124,000 bases of DNA from Hyalangium minutum (GCF_000737315.1 NZ_JMCB01000006.1:144001-268000), one strand, 5' to 3'; positions 60,720-71,936 are shown, counted from the stretch's first letter. Translations and numbers: made by a program. The notes: generated from the letters alone by a model not told the origin.

Positions 60720-61718
60720 ATGGATGACCAGCGCCACCACGACGCACGGACCCCACGCGGGAGCACGGACTCTGGCCTCTCTCGCCGGGAAGTCCTCGCC
60801 GCGGGGCTCGGCAGTGCCCTCCTCCTGGGTGCCGGCCCCGCCCAGTCTCCCTCCCAGGGCTCCGCCTCGGGCCCGGCCTCCGACGAGAAGCCCGCGATGA
60901 TCACCCGCCCCATCCCTCGCACCGGCGAGCAACTGCCCGTCATCGGGCTCGGCACGTGGCAGACGTTCAACGTGGGCACGGACGCCAAGGAGCGCGCCCC
61001 GCTCAAGGACGTGCTCAAGCGCTTCCTCGAGCGCGGCGGCCGCGTCATCGACTCCTCGCCCATGTATGACCGCGCCGAGCTCGTCGTGGGTGACTTGCTC
61101 ACGGAGCAGGGCCAGCAGCGCGCGCCCTTCCTCGCCTCGAAGGTGTGGACCATGGGCAAGACCGAGGGCGAGCAGCAGATGCGCACCTCCATCCAGCGCA
61201 TGGGCCGCGGGCGCATGGACCTGATGCAGGTGCACAACCTGGTGGACGTGAAGACGCACCTGGCCACCCTGCGCGAGTGGCAGGAGGCCGGCCGCATCCG
61301 CTACGTCGGCGTCACCCACTACCAGCCCTCGTCCTTCGACACGCTGGAGAAACTCGTCCGCCAGGAGGCCATCGACTTCGTGCAGCTGCCCTACTCCATC
61401 GTCCAGCGCGAGGTGGAGAACCGGCTGCTGCCCGCCTGTGCCGAGCGCGGTGTGGCGGTGCTCGTCATGAGCCCCTTCGAGCAGGGCGGCCTCTTCGAGA
61501 AGGTACGCGGCAAGCCGCTGCCGCCGTGGGCCGCGGACTTCGACTGCTCCAGCTGGGCGCAGTACTTCCTCAAGTTCATCCTCGGCCACCCCGCGGTGAC
61601 GTGCCCTATCCCCGCCACCAGCAACCCCAAGCACCTCGAGGACAACCTCAAGGCCGGCTTCGGCCGTCTGCCCGACGAGAAGACCCGCGCCAAGATGGTG
61701 AAGCACCTGGGCCTCTGA
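60720..61718 (+). CDS. Aldo/keto reductase with Tat-like signal
   Basis: LSRREVL twin-Arg; GLGTWQTF, IDSSPMY, DLMQVHNL, RYVGVT, QLPYS. Confidence 0.88.
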   Translation: MDDQRHHDARTPRGSTDSGLSRREVLAAGLGSALLLGAGPAQSPSQGSASGPASDEKPAMITRPIPRTGEQLPVIGLGTWQTFNVGTDAKERAPLKDVLKRFLERGGRVIDSSPMYDRAELVVGDLLTEQGQQRAPFLASKVWTMGKTEGEQQMRTSIQRMGRGRMDLMQVHNLVDVKTHLATLREWQEAGRIRYVGVTHYQPSSFDTLEKLVRQEAIDFVQLPYSIVQREVENRLLPACAERGVAVLVMSPFEQGGLFEKVRGKPLPPWAADFDCSSWAQYFLKFILGHPAVTCPIPATSNPKHLEDNLKAGFGRLPDEKTRAKMVKHLGL

Positions 61719-61813
61719 GCGCTCGCCCTCCCGCCTGCACTCCTGGGAGACGGGCTCTCACCCTGGGTGTCCTCTCCACGCACCGCTGCTTACCCTGAGC
61801 GCGGGAGGCATGC

Positions 61814-62362
61814 ATGGCCAAGAAGAAGGCGGAGAAGAAGGACGGAAGCCAGAAGGACGCCATCACCCACCTCGGCGAGCTCATTCACGGCATCAAGGTG
61901 GCGATGATGACGACGGTGGAGAGCGACGGCAGCCTGCGCAGCCGTCCCATGTGGACGCATGACCGGGACTTCGATGGGGAGCTGTGGTTCTTCACCCGCG
62001 AGCACTCGGCCAAGGTGGGTGAGGTGGAGCATGACCACCACGTGAACCTCTCCTACGCCGAGCCCGGCAAGGACCACTTCGTCTCCGTCAGTGGGCGCTG
62101 CCGCCTGGTGCTCGACAAGGAGAAGGCCCGCGAGCTGTGGAACCCCTCCTTGAAAGCCTGGTTCCCGGACGGCCTGGAGGACCCGGAGCTTGCGCTGCTC
62201 TGCGTCAAGGTGGAGAAGGCCGAGTACTGGGACACGGCCGACAGCCGCATGGTGCAGCTGATCGGCTTCGTGAAATCCGTCCTCACTGGCGAGCCGTACA
62301 AGCCCGGCGAGAACGAGAAGGTGCAACTGGGCTCGGAGGATGCGGGCCTCAACGTGCACTGA
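61814..62362 (+). CDS. Pyridoxamine-5'-phosphate oxidase-like general stress protein
   Basis: AMMTT..SRPM..LWFFT..NLSYA..VSVSG..WNP..AWFPDG..DP..EYWD. Confidence 0.85.
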   Translation: MAKKKAEKKDGSQKDAITHLGELIHGIKVAMMTTVESDGSLRSRPMWTHDRDFDGELWFFTREHSAKVGEVEHDHHVNLSYAEPGKDHFVSVSGRCRLVLDKEKARELWNPSLKAWFPDGLEDPELALLCVKVEKAEYWDTADSRMVQLIGFVKSVLTGEPYKPGENEKVQLGSEDAGLNVH

Positions 62363-62404
62363 GCGGCCCCTTCCGGACTGAGACACAGGGGCTCTGCTGT
62401 TTCA

Positions 62405-62445
62405 CACCCACCCGGCGCACCGAGCGCCCGGTGGGTGCGTCTTTT
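62405..62445 (+). terminator. Possible intrinsic terminator
   Basis: Imperfect stem cacccacc-ggcgc / gcgcc-ggtgggtg followed by cgtctttt. Confidence 0.45.
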
Positions 62446-62512
62446 GTCGCACCCGGGTTTTACTCAAGGGAGCAAGCGCGCTGGCTTCTTCCTCGGGGGC
62501 CGCCCTCTGAGC

Positions 62513-62554
62513 ATTTCAGTGAAATCGTGGTAACGGAGCGGCGTTGAACTTCAA
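62513..62554. promoter_or_regulatory. Two AT-rich palindromes upstream of the inositol-lipid operon
   Basis: ATTTCA-G-TGAAAT (62513-62525) and TTGAA-C-TTCAA (62544-62554). Confidence 0.4.
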
Positions 62555-62695
62555 AACGCTTTAGAGTATCAACCATCCGCATCCGAGAGTTTCCCCCTTC
62601 CGGGGGACCGTGCCAGGCCGGGGCCAGCCGCATCCGCGGACTTGAGGGGCGTCACGAGGGCGGGACTCAGCCCGCAGCCTCGAAGGAACCTACAT

Positions 62696-64010
<1,315 letters not shown>

Positions 64011-64027
<17 letters not shown>

Positions 64028-64943
64028 CGCCAAGACCGGGTCGAAGACGTTCACGTGGCTCGTCACCCTCGCGGCGGCGGGCCACCTCGTCTTCGTCACC
64101 GCGATGGGGAGGCTGCGGTGGGAGCACGCCGCGGCCGACCTGTTGCTTGCGGGGCTGGCTTGGGCCGGCCCCGCGCCGCGGCGTTTTCTCCAAGGCGGCT
64201 TCCCGCTGTGGCTCACCGGCATGCTGCTGGACAACCAGTGGCTGTGGCTGGGCCTGCGCGGCCGCGTCCACACCGGGGACTTGTGGGAGCTGGAGCGTGT
64301 GCTCTTCCCGTGCCCGGACGGCACCACCTGGCCTGCGTACTTCGCCACGCGCACCCACGCGGTGCTCGATTTCTTCTGCGGCTTCTCCTACGCGGCCTAC
64401 CTCTACGAAGTCTTCGGACTGGCGCTGTTGTTCTTCTTCCGCAAGCACCCGCGCTTCGCGACCATGTGCTGGGCCTTCTGCCTGCTGAACGCCATGGGCG
64501 TGGTGACGTACATGCTCTACCCCGCGGCGCCTCCCTGGTACGTGATGGCGTACGGCCCCGGTCCCGCGGACCTCACGGCTCCACCGAGCCCCGCCGGCAC
64601 CGCGCGCTTCGACGCGCTGATGGGCATCAGCTACTTCGCGAAGTTCTACGCCCGCAACCCCAATGTCTTCGGGGCCATGCCCTCGCTGCACGCCGCCTAC
64701 CCGACCCTGGTCGTCTGGCAGTCGTGGGGGTTGGGCCGGAGCTGGCGCGTGGGCACCATTGCATTCGCCGCACTGGTGGCGTTCTCCGCCATCTACCTGC
64801 AACACCACTACATCTTGGACGTCGTGGCGGGAGTGGTTGCCGCTCTGGCCGCCTGCTGGATTGTTGAGTACGCCCTCGTCCGGCGTGAATCTCCAGCTTC
64901 CGCGACCGTCCCCGTCATGCCTGGAGGCGACAGCCGTGCTTGA
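64011..64943 (+). CDS. Aur1/PAP2-family inositol-phosphoceramide synthase-like membrane protein
   Basis: YPAAPPWY, FGAMPSLH, YLQHHYILDVVAG correspond to the Aur1p-type catalytic motifs; overlaps the ino1 stop. Confidence 0.8.
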
Positions 64944-66177
64944 AACCCTGATGGCCTGGATCATGGGAGACCTCTCCCCTTCCGCGCGAATCTGGACGGC
65001 GCTCGGCCCGGCGCTGCTCGCGTGTGCCTACTTCATCCTGGGGCTCGTGGCGTTCTGCGTGCGCGTGGCCATCAAGGGCGTGCCGCAGGATGAGGAGACG
65101 CTCAAGCGCGGCAGCACCATCCTGGTGGGCATGTTCCTGCGCCACTACTTCTTCTGGGTCACCCAGCCCCTGTGGAAAGTGATTTACCGCTCGGGGCTGC
65201 CGGCCAACGCGCTGTCCATGCTGTCGGGCCTGCTGGGCGTGTCCTCGGGCGTGGCGGTGGCGGCGGGGCGCTTCACGCTGGGCGGCTGGCTCTTCCTGGC
65301 CTCCGGCATTCTGGACGTGATGGACGGGCGCATCGCCCGCATCCGCAAGCAGGCCAACCCGGCCGGCGCGGCGCTGGACTCGGTGCTGGACCGGTACGTG
65401 GACTCGGCCATGCTGATGGGCCTGGCCTGGTACTACCGGGACAACTGGGTGCTGCTGCCGGTGCTGGTGGCGTTCCTGGGCACCTCGCTGGTGCCGTACG
65501 TGCGCGCCCGCGGCGAGGGCCTGGGCATCAACATCCGCGGCGGCGCCATGCAGCGCCTGGAGCGGGTGCTCTTCCTGGGCGTGGGCGTGGCGCTGGCGCC
65601 CATCTTCGAGGCCATCTGGTTCCCCGAGCAGAAGCACCCCATGCACTGGCTGGCGGTGGTGGGCATCGTCTTCGTGGCCATCATGAGCAACGTGACGGCG
65701 TTCTCGCGGTTCCGGGCGCTCGTCAACGCGCTGGCGCCGCCTCCTCCTACGAGCCGCAAGCGCTCGGGGCTGGCAATCCTGGGCCTCAACGCGCTGGCGG
65801 GCGCGGTGGCCACGGGCGTGGACTTCGTGTCCGTGCTGGGAATGGTGGAGAAGCTGAGCTTCACGCCCGTCATCGCCACGGCGCTGGGGTGCGTGCTGGG
65901 TGGGGTGGTGAACTACTCGATGAACCGGCTGCTGACATTCCGCAGCCAGAGCGCGGTGGCGCCGCAGCTTGCCCGTTATACGTTGGTGAGCGCGACAAGC
66001 GCGCTGCTCAACGCGGGGGGTGTGGCGTTGCTCACGCTGCACCCGCAATTGGCGTACACGCTGGGATGGTGGTTGGCTCGAGGGGCGGTGTACTTCGCGT
66101 GGAACCTCCCCCTCCAGCGGGACTACGTCTTCAATGACCCGCCGGAGGCGCTCATGGAGCGCCCTCATGCGGCATGA
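64936..66177 (+). CDS. CDP-alcohol phosphatidyltransferase (PI/PIP synthase-like) fused to GtrA-like domain
   Basis: DVMDGRIAR..GAALDSVLDRYVD signature; C-terminal 4-TM GtrA-like segment (GGVVNYSMNRLLTF..QRDYVF). Confidence 0.85.
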   Translation: MLETLMAWIMGDLSPSARIWTALGPALLACAYFILGLVAFCVRVAIKGVPQDEETLKRGSTILVGMFLRHYFFWVTQPLWKVIYRSGLPANALSMLSGLLGVSSGVAVAAGRFTLGGWLFLASGILDVMDGRIARIRKQANPAGAALDSVLDRYVDSAMLMGLAWYYRDNWVLLPVLVAFLGTSLVPYVRARGEGLGINIRGGAMQRLERVLFLGVGVALAPIFEAIWFPEQKHPMHWLAVVGIVFVAIMSNVTAFSRFRALVNALAPPPPTSRKRSGLAILGLNALAGAVATGVDFVSVLGMVEKLSFTPVIATALGCVLGGVVNYSMNRLLTFRSQSAVAPQLARYTLVSATSALLNAGGVALLTLHPQLAYTLGWWLARGAVYFAWNLPLQRDYVFNDPPEALMERPHAA

Positions 66178-67150
66178 CAAACTGTCTCTGCTAAGCCTGC
66201 TGGCCGTGCTCGCCCTGCCCTCGCTGGCGGGCGCGAGCGCCGTGCTGGAGCCGCTGCCCTCCTCGAACGACAACTACGGGGAGAGCTTCACCTTCATGGT
66301 GGACCTGGAGGACGGCACCTTCGTCTTCACCCAGTTCTCCATCACCAACCTGGGGCCGGGCTCGCGCCACGGCATCTGCCGGGCCACGGTGGTGCGCCCG
66401 GGGCAGAAGACTTGGTCGCCTCAGGTGAAGGTGAGCTCGGACGAGTGGGGCTACGACGCGGCCACCTCCACGCTGAAGATGGGGCCCTGCACGCTGCACG
66501 CTGGCACGGGCACTTTCCTGTCGCTGCCGCTGGACAACGGGCTGGTGAACATCACCTTCAGTGATCCGCCCTCGCCCAAGTCTCCTCCGGGCTCGGAGGT
66601 GGTAGTAGGCACCACGCGCTACCGCCACGAGGTGCTGCTGCCCTTCAGCGCGGCGAAGGTGGGTCTGCGGCTGCCGGGCTCCAACGCGCTGCTGGAGCTG
66701 TCCGGCGTGGGCTATGCGGACCACTCGCACTCCACGGTGGCTCCGGCGAAGCTGGCGCGCAGCTGGGTGCGCTTCCGGGCGCTGCGCTCGGGCGGCTCCA
66801 ACCTGCTGCTGCTGGCGCGCGAGGGCTTCGACGGAGGCTTCACCCCGGCCTACGTGTGGCCCGCGGGCGGTGAGCCGCAGGTGCTGCAGCGCTTCGAGCT
66901 GCGCCGCCAGCCGGGTGACTCGAAGAAGGCGGGCTGGGAGGCGGACCTGAGCGGCGCGGGGGGTGCGCTCTCACTGAAGGCCACCTCGCTGATGCTGCGC
67001 ACCGCGCCGGTGCAGGACCTGGGAATCTTGGGCAGCCTGGTGCGGCCGGTGGTGGGCTCGCCGGTGACATACCTCATGCGGGCGGTGCTGCAGCGCCCGG
67101 GGCAGCCAGACGTGCACGGGCTGATGGAAGTCACGCTGGATGAGGGGTGA
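66167..67150 (+). CDS. Secreted beta-rich hypothetical protein (possible AttH/lipocalin-like fold)
   Basis: Signal peptide ..LPSLAGA; ESFTFMVDLEDGTFVFTQF beta pattern; GYADHSHS; overlaps the previous gene. Confidence 0.6.
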   Translation: MRHDKLSLLSLLAVLALPSLAGASAVLEPLPSSNDNYGESFTFMVDLEDGTFVFTQFSITNLGPGSRHGICRATVVRPGQKTWSPQVKVSSDEWGYDAATSTLKMGPCTLHAGTGTFLSLPLDNGLVNITFSDPPSPKSPPGSEVVVGTTRYRHEVLLPFSAAKVGLRLPGSNALLELSGVGYADHSHSTVAPAKLARSWVRFRALRSGGSNLLLLAREGFDGGFTPAYVWPAGGEPQVLQRFELRRQPGDSKKAGWEADLSGAGGALSLKATSLMLRTAPVQDLGILGSLVRPVVGSPVTYLMRAVLQRPGQPDVHGLMEVTLDEG

Positions 67151-67186
67151 GGAGAGGGGTATGGCGTCGGCGGACAGAGGTGCGCC

Positions 67187-67804
67187 GTGAACGTCTCGTT
67201 GCTACGAGAAGTGCACCACGTGCCGGGCGTGCGAGGGTGGGTGCGCAAGCAGGTGCTGCGCTCGGTGGCGCGCGTGGTGGAGTGGACGACGAAGCTCCCA
67301 GGGCGTGGAATGAACGTCTCCCAGGTGAACGACTGGCTGTGGGTGGGCGGCTCGGTGTCCCGCTCGCAGTACGCGGCGCTGAAGGCCCAGGGCATCACCG
67401 CGGTCATTGATTTGCGCGCCGAGCGCGTGGACGACGCGGCGGCGCTGGCGGCGCTCGGCATCGAGCTGCTGCACCTGCCGGTGACGGACCGGTATCCGCC
67501 GTCCGTGGAGCAGCTGATGAAGGGTGTGGAGTGGGCGCTGCCGCGGCTGAAGGCGGGGGGCAAGCTCTACACGCATTGCGAGCATGGCGTGGGCCGAGGC
67601 CCGCTGATGGGGCTGGCGGTGCTGGTGGCGCAGGGGGCCGATGTGAAGGAGGCGTACCGCGCGCTGCGCGAGCGCCGCTGGCAGGCCACCCTGAACGACC
67701 GGCAACTGGGAGGGCTCGCGGACTTCACCGTGGCGTGGGAGGCGAGGAAAGCCCCGGAGCGCGTCTCCCTTCCCCCCGCCTCACCGGGAGCCACCGGTAC
67801 CTGA
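67187..67804 (+). CDS. Dual-specificity (PTP/DSP) phosphatase
   Basis: HCEHGVGR CX5R loop; VIDLRAE; PVTDRYPP acid loop. Confidence 0.85.
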   Translation: MNVSLLREVHHVPGVRGWVRKQVLRSVARVVEWTTKLPGRGMNVSQVNDWLWVGGSVSRSQYAALKAQGITAVIDLRAERVDDAAALAALGIELLHLPVTDRYPPSVEQLMKGVEWALPRLKAGGKLYTHCEHGVGRGPLMGLAVLVAQGADVKEAYRALRERRWQATLNDRQLGGLADFTVAWEARKAPERVSLPPASPGATGT

Positions 67805-67873
67805 CAGAGACATTCCCCCCCGCATAAAGGTCTGGCTGCGGTCTGAGAGTTCCCTGCTAAAGAGGTCGTGCGT

Positions 67874-68554
67874 ATGAGCCGTTCCTACCTCCGCCATCAA
67901 TCCGGCCGCATGTTCGAGAACAACTTTCTCGAGGCCTGCTCGAGAGTGCACCCATCGGTGCCGTTCCTCTTCTACATCCCGCTGACGCTGGGCTTGTATG
68001 CCTGGTCTCTCTACGGGGGAAAGACGACGCTGGGGTACAGCGCGCTGTTCGTGCCGCTGGGCGTGCTGACGTGGCTTGGCATGGAGTACAGCCTCCACCG
68101 CTACTTCTTCCACTGGGAGGGCAACGGTCCGTTCACGCGGCGGGTGCATGAGATTACCCACGGCTACCACCACAAGTACCCGGACGACGCGGACCGGCTG
68201 GTGATGCCGCTGGGCGCGAGCATCCCGCTGGCCATCGTGATTGGCGGACTGCTGTGGCTGGTGGGCCAGCCGGTGGCGACGATTCCGTACTTCCTGGGCA
68301 TCGTCTGGGGCTACCTGGTGTACGACTTCCTCCACTGGTCCACGCACCACCGCACGCCGCGCACGGCGTGGGGCAAGGCGCTGCGCGCGCACCACATGGC
68401 GCACCACTTCGCCACGCCGGATCGCAACTTCGGCATCAGCAACATGTGGGTGGACATCCTGGTGGGCAGCGGTGGCCGCCGCCCCAAGCGGACCGAGCAG
68501 CCGGAGCAGCCGGAGGGCCAGCGCCCCGAGGTGACCTCCGGCGTGACGGAGTAG
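67874..68554 (+). CDS. Fatty acid hydroxylase (FA2H/Scs7-like)
   Basis: RMFENNFLE N-terminus; HRYFFH, HGYHH, HWSTHH, HHMAHH His boxes; NFGIS..WVD. Confidence 0.85.
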   Translation: MSRSYLRHQSGRMFENNFLEACSRVHPSVPFLFYIPLTLGLYAWSLYGGKTTLGYSALFVPLGVLTWLGMEYSLHRYFFHWEGNGPFTRRVHEITHGYHHKYPDDADRLVMPLGASIPLAIVIGGLLWLVGQPVATIPYFLGIVWGYLVYDFLHWSTHHRTPRTAWGKALRAHHMAHHFATPDRNFGISNMWVDILVGSGGRRPKRTEQPEQPEGQRPEVTSGVTE

Positions 68555-68677
68555 CCGAGTTACTGCGTCTCCTTCCCGGCGCGAAGAGGCACCCGAGCCG
68601 CTATACTCGGCTCGGCGGCCGGGCCTGATTCCAACATCCGTTCTCTCGGGGAGGACGGTCTCGAATCAGGGGTTTCG

Positions 68678-69526
68678 ATGAGACACCTCTTCGCGGTGCG
68701 CTCCTTTCTCTCCGCTCTCGCCTGCGCGCTCCTGTGCTCCTGCGTGACCTCCCGTGGCGCCGCGCCCGAGGAGGAGGACGAGGGTGCGCTGGGGTCCTTC
68801 CTGGACTCAGGAGCCTCGGGCCTCGTGTGCGATGGAACGCGGCTGGTAGGGGCCACCTCCTTCTCGCAGACGTGCCTGCCGACGGGGAAGAGCCCTGGCC
68901 CCACCGTGTCCGGCCTTGAGCCACTGTCCGCGCCGCTGCGCGAGTGCGTGCTCACGAGCCTCCCGGTGGAGACCGGCGGCGGCACCTCCCCCGAGTGCTT
69001 GAAGGGCGCGGCACAGGTGCTCCAAGGCCGACTGCGCCAGCTGGGCTGGCTGGAGGCCGAGGTCCTCCCCGCGACGGGCCGGCCGGACGTGTCCGAGGCC
69101 CAGCTGCAGGCCCAGCTCCGGAGCCGCTACCGGGTGGGCGTGATGCGGGTGGAGCACAGCGAGGAGCCCGGCGTCGTGGATCCGGAGAAGATCCTCGTGA
69201 AGGCGCGCGCGGCGGTGCCCGAGGGCTCCTGGTACACCTCGGGTGCCCTGGCGGAGATCCACGCCCGCGTCTTTCAGATGAAGAAGTTCCGCTCGGTCTG
69301 GGTGTACGGCGGCGAGCCGGATTACCGGAACAAGATCATCCCGGTGATCATCGACGTCTGGGAGAAGCCCCAGAAGCCGCGCAAGGTGAAGATGGCCCGG
69401 CCCGAGCGCCCGAGGCCGCGGGACAACTGCCCGAGACGCGACGCCATCTGCCTCAACGGGCAGGACTGCTCCTACGACACGGAGCACCGCTGCACCGTCT
69501 GCTTCTGCCGGCCCACCTTCCGCTGA
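68678..69526 (+). CDS. Lipoprotein with POTRA-like domain and Cys-rich tail (paralog 1)
   Basis: Lipobox LCSC; GWLEAEV..YRVG..WYT..IHARVFQMKKFRSV..VIIDVWE. Confidence 0.6.
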   Translation: MRHLFAVRSFLSALACALLCSCVTSRGAAPEEEDEGALGSFLDSGASGLVCDGTRLVGATSFSQTCLPTGKSPGPTVSGLEPLSAPLRECVLTSLPVETGGGTSPECLKGAAQVLQGRLRQLGWLEAEVLPATGRPDVSEAQLQAQLRSRYRVGVMRVEHSEEPGVVDPEKILVKARAAVPEGSWYTSGALAEIHARVFQMKKFRSVWVYGGEPDYRNKIIPVIIDVWEKPQKPRKVKMARPERPRPRDNCPRRDAICLNGQDCSYDTEHRCTVCFCRPTFR

Positions 69527-69531
69527 ACCGG

Positions 69532-70236
69532 ATGAGGTCCTCCTCCATGCTTCGCTCCCTGCTGCTCGTCTTCATCCACCTCTCGCTGGTGTCTTGTACC
69601 GCCAGCGCTCCGAAAGCTTCTCCGTCCTGGTGGCAGAGCCTCGACGACACCGAGGCACCCGTCGAAGACACCGAGGTGTCCTGCCGGGGCATCCGGGCGA
69701 GCGATGAACTCGATCGGCTCGCGAACTGCTGGCCCCAAGGCTCGCCTCGGCTCACGCCCATGGATGTGGCGGGGCTCGACGAGATGCGCGTCGAGCTCCG
69801 CGAGTGCCTGCTCGCGGACCTGCCAGCACCGGGAATGACAGGAGAGAACCAGGCCCGGTGCCAGCAGGGCCTGGCCGAGGTGCTCGATCAACGGCTCTAC
69901 CGGCTGGGATGGCTCCGGGCGGAGGTGGCTCCTCCGGGGAACGCGGAGGCGGGAGAGGCCCAAGCCCGGCCGCAGCTCACCGTGAAGCTCGGGCAGCGCT
70001 ACCGGATTGGCCAGCTCTTCGTGGCCACGGGCCCGAGTCAGCGCGTGAACTCCAAGAAGATCATCAAGCAAGCGCAGAAGGCGATCCCCAAGCCTCGCTG
70101 GTGCACCGAGACAGCGCTGGAGGAGATCCACGCCCGGGTGTTCGACACGTCGAAGTTCCAGGAGGTCCGGATCAATCGCGGCGAGCCCGATGAGCGGGCA
70201 GGGCGAGTGCCCATCGTCATCGTCATTCAGGAGTAG
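69532..70236 (+). CDS. Lipoprotein with POTRA-like domain (paralog 2)
   Basis: Lipobox LVSC; GWLRAEV..YRIG..IHARVFDTSKFQEV..IVIVIQE. Confidence 0.6.
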   Translation: MRSSSMLRSLLLVFIHLSLVSCTASAPKASPSWWQSLDDTEAPVEDTEVSCRGIRASDELDRLANCWPQGSPRLTPMDVAGLDEMRVELRECLLADLPAPGMTGENQARCQQGLAEVLDQRLYRLGWLRAEVAPPGNAEAGEAQARPQLTVKLGQRYRIGQLFVATGPSQRVNSKKIIKQAQKAIPKPRWCTETALEEIHARVFDTSKFQEVRINRGEPDERAGRVPIVIVIQE

Positions 70237-70272
70237 GGGCAGGCCAGAGCGGAAGCTAGGCTCTGGCCCTCC

Positions 70273-71928
70273 ATGGCCTTCCACTTCGACCGGAACTGCC
70301 GGCTGCTGGGCCCGTTCATCGGCCACACCACCGAGACGGAGGCCCGCATCTGGCTGCACGTGGCGGACCTGAAGCCCGGCGAGCGCCGCACGCTCCATGT
70401 CACCCTCCATCCGGACCGGCCGAACGCTCGCGCCGTGCAGCGGCTGACGCTCACCGTCTCCGAGGAGGACTGTGGCGTGGGCGTGGTCAACATCTCGGGG
70501 CTGGAGCCAGACACGCTCTACGTGTACCGGCTGACGTGGGACGAGGCAGGGCTGGCACCGATTGACCCCGGGGGCCTGGCGCCCGAGGAGCTGTGCTTCC
70601 GGACGCTGCCCCGGGCTGGCTTCAACCAGCAGCTCGATTTCCTGGTGATGAGCTGCCACAACCCGGAGACGGCGGTGCGCGATGGGGCGAACGGCTTCGC
70701 GGTATGGGAGCAGATGCCGGAGATCATCGCGCACAACAAGAACGTGCGCTTCGCGCTGCTGATGGGCGATCAGATCTACGCGGACGACATCGAGCGGAAA
70801 GCGCTGCGAGAGGAAGACCCGCTCAAGCGCGTGAAGCTGTACCTGGGCATCTACCGCAAGTACTGGAGCGACTTGCGCTACCGACGGGTGCTGTGTCGGC
70901 TGCCCGCCTATCTGATGTGGGACGACCACGACATCACGGATGGGTGGGGCTCGCGGGAGGACTCCTTCGAGGAGGCGCAGTCGGATGAGTTCAAGCCCTC
71001 GTGGAAGGGGATGTTCCAGTCGGCGCGGACGGCGTTCCAGCACATGCAGGCCTCGCGCAACCCGCCGCCGCTGTCGCCGGGGTACCAGGAGGGCTTCGAC
71101 ACATGCTTCCGGGTGGGGCGTGCGGGCTTCGTGCTGCCGGACCTGCGCAGCCACCGCAACGTGCGGCAGGGTCGCATCTGGACAGAGGCGCAGCAGGCCG
71201 CGGTGGAGCGGTGGGTGGCGTCGGAGCGGGAGAACCTGGACGTACTGTTCTTCTGCAGCAGCGTCGTGTTCTCGCACGGGCACCACGGGCTGGAGGCGCT
71301 GATGCGGAGCGGCTGGCCGTACGTGCTGCAGGCGGTGTCGTGGATGGGCTCCATCCGCTACGCGGGCCTGCGCAGCATGGCGAGCAGCTTCCACAAGAAC
71401 ATCGGAGACCTGCGGGATGATCTGAACGACAGCTGGGGTGCCGAGCCGAACCGGCGAGCCGCGGATCGGATGCTGGACTTCCTGTTCGGCCTGCAGAACC
71501 CGCCGAAGGGGCAGCGGCCGCTGAGCGTGGTGGTGCTGGCGGGGGACATCCACACGCCAGGGTACTCGACGCTGTACTCGTCGGATCCAGCGCACCGGGA
71601 ACGGCCGTCCATTCCGCACGTGGTGGCGTCTCCGGTGTCCTATCAGCCGTTCAGCTGGATGGCGGAGGCGGTGTACCGGCGGCTGACGCGCGTGGTGACG
71701 CTGGGGGAGCGAGGCGTGTACAGCGCGCAGGTGAGTCACCACTTCTCGCAGCGCAATGTGGTGGTGACGTCGCTGCGCAACGTGGCGGCGGACGAGTGGC
71801 ACCTCAAGGTGAAGTTCTACCTGGAGGGCTACCCGGAACCGCGCATCCTGCTGTTCGACTTGCACCGCACCTCGGGCCGCGAGGACATTCCCTGGCCCCA
71901 GGCGCGCGAGCCAAGCTTGCTGGGGTGA
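70273..71928 (+). CDS. PhoD-like metallophosphatase, no visible signal peptide
   Basis: MSCH, MGDQIYAD, MWDDHDITDGW, DLRSHR, AGDIH. Confidence 0.85.
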   Translation: MAFHFDRNCRLLGPFIGHTTETEARIWLHVADLKPGERRTLHVTLHPDRPNARAVQRLTLTVSEEDCGVGVVNISGLEPDTLYVYRLTWDEAGLAPIDPGGLAPEELCFRTLPRAGFNQQLDFLVMSCHNPETAVRDGANGFAVWEQMPEIIAHNKNVRFALLMGDQIYADDIERKALREEDPLKRVKLYLGIYRKYWSDLRYRRVLCRLPAYLMWDDHDITDGWGSREDSFEEAQSDEFKPSWKGMFQSARTAFQHMQASRNPPPLSPGYQEGFDTCFRVGRAGFVLPDLRSHRNVRQGRIWTEAQQAAVERWVASERENLDVLFFCSSVVFSHGHHGLEALMRSGWPYVLQAVSWMGSIRYAGLRSMASSFHKNIGDLRDDLNDSWGAEPNRRAADRMLDFLFGLQNPPKGQRPLSVVVLAGDIHTPGYSTLYSSDPAHRERPSIPHVVASPVSYQPFSWMAEAVYRRLTRVVTLGERGVYSAQVSHHFSQRNVVVTSLRNVAADEWHLKVKFYLEGYPEPRILLFDLHRTSGREDIPWPQAREPSLLG

Positions 71929-71936
71929 CAAACGCC

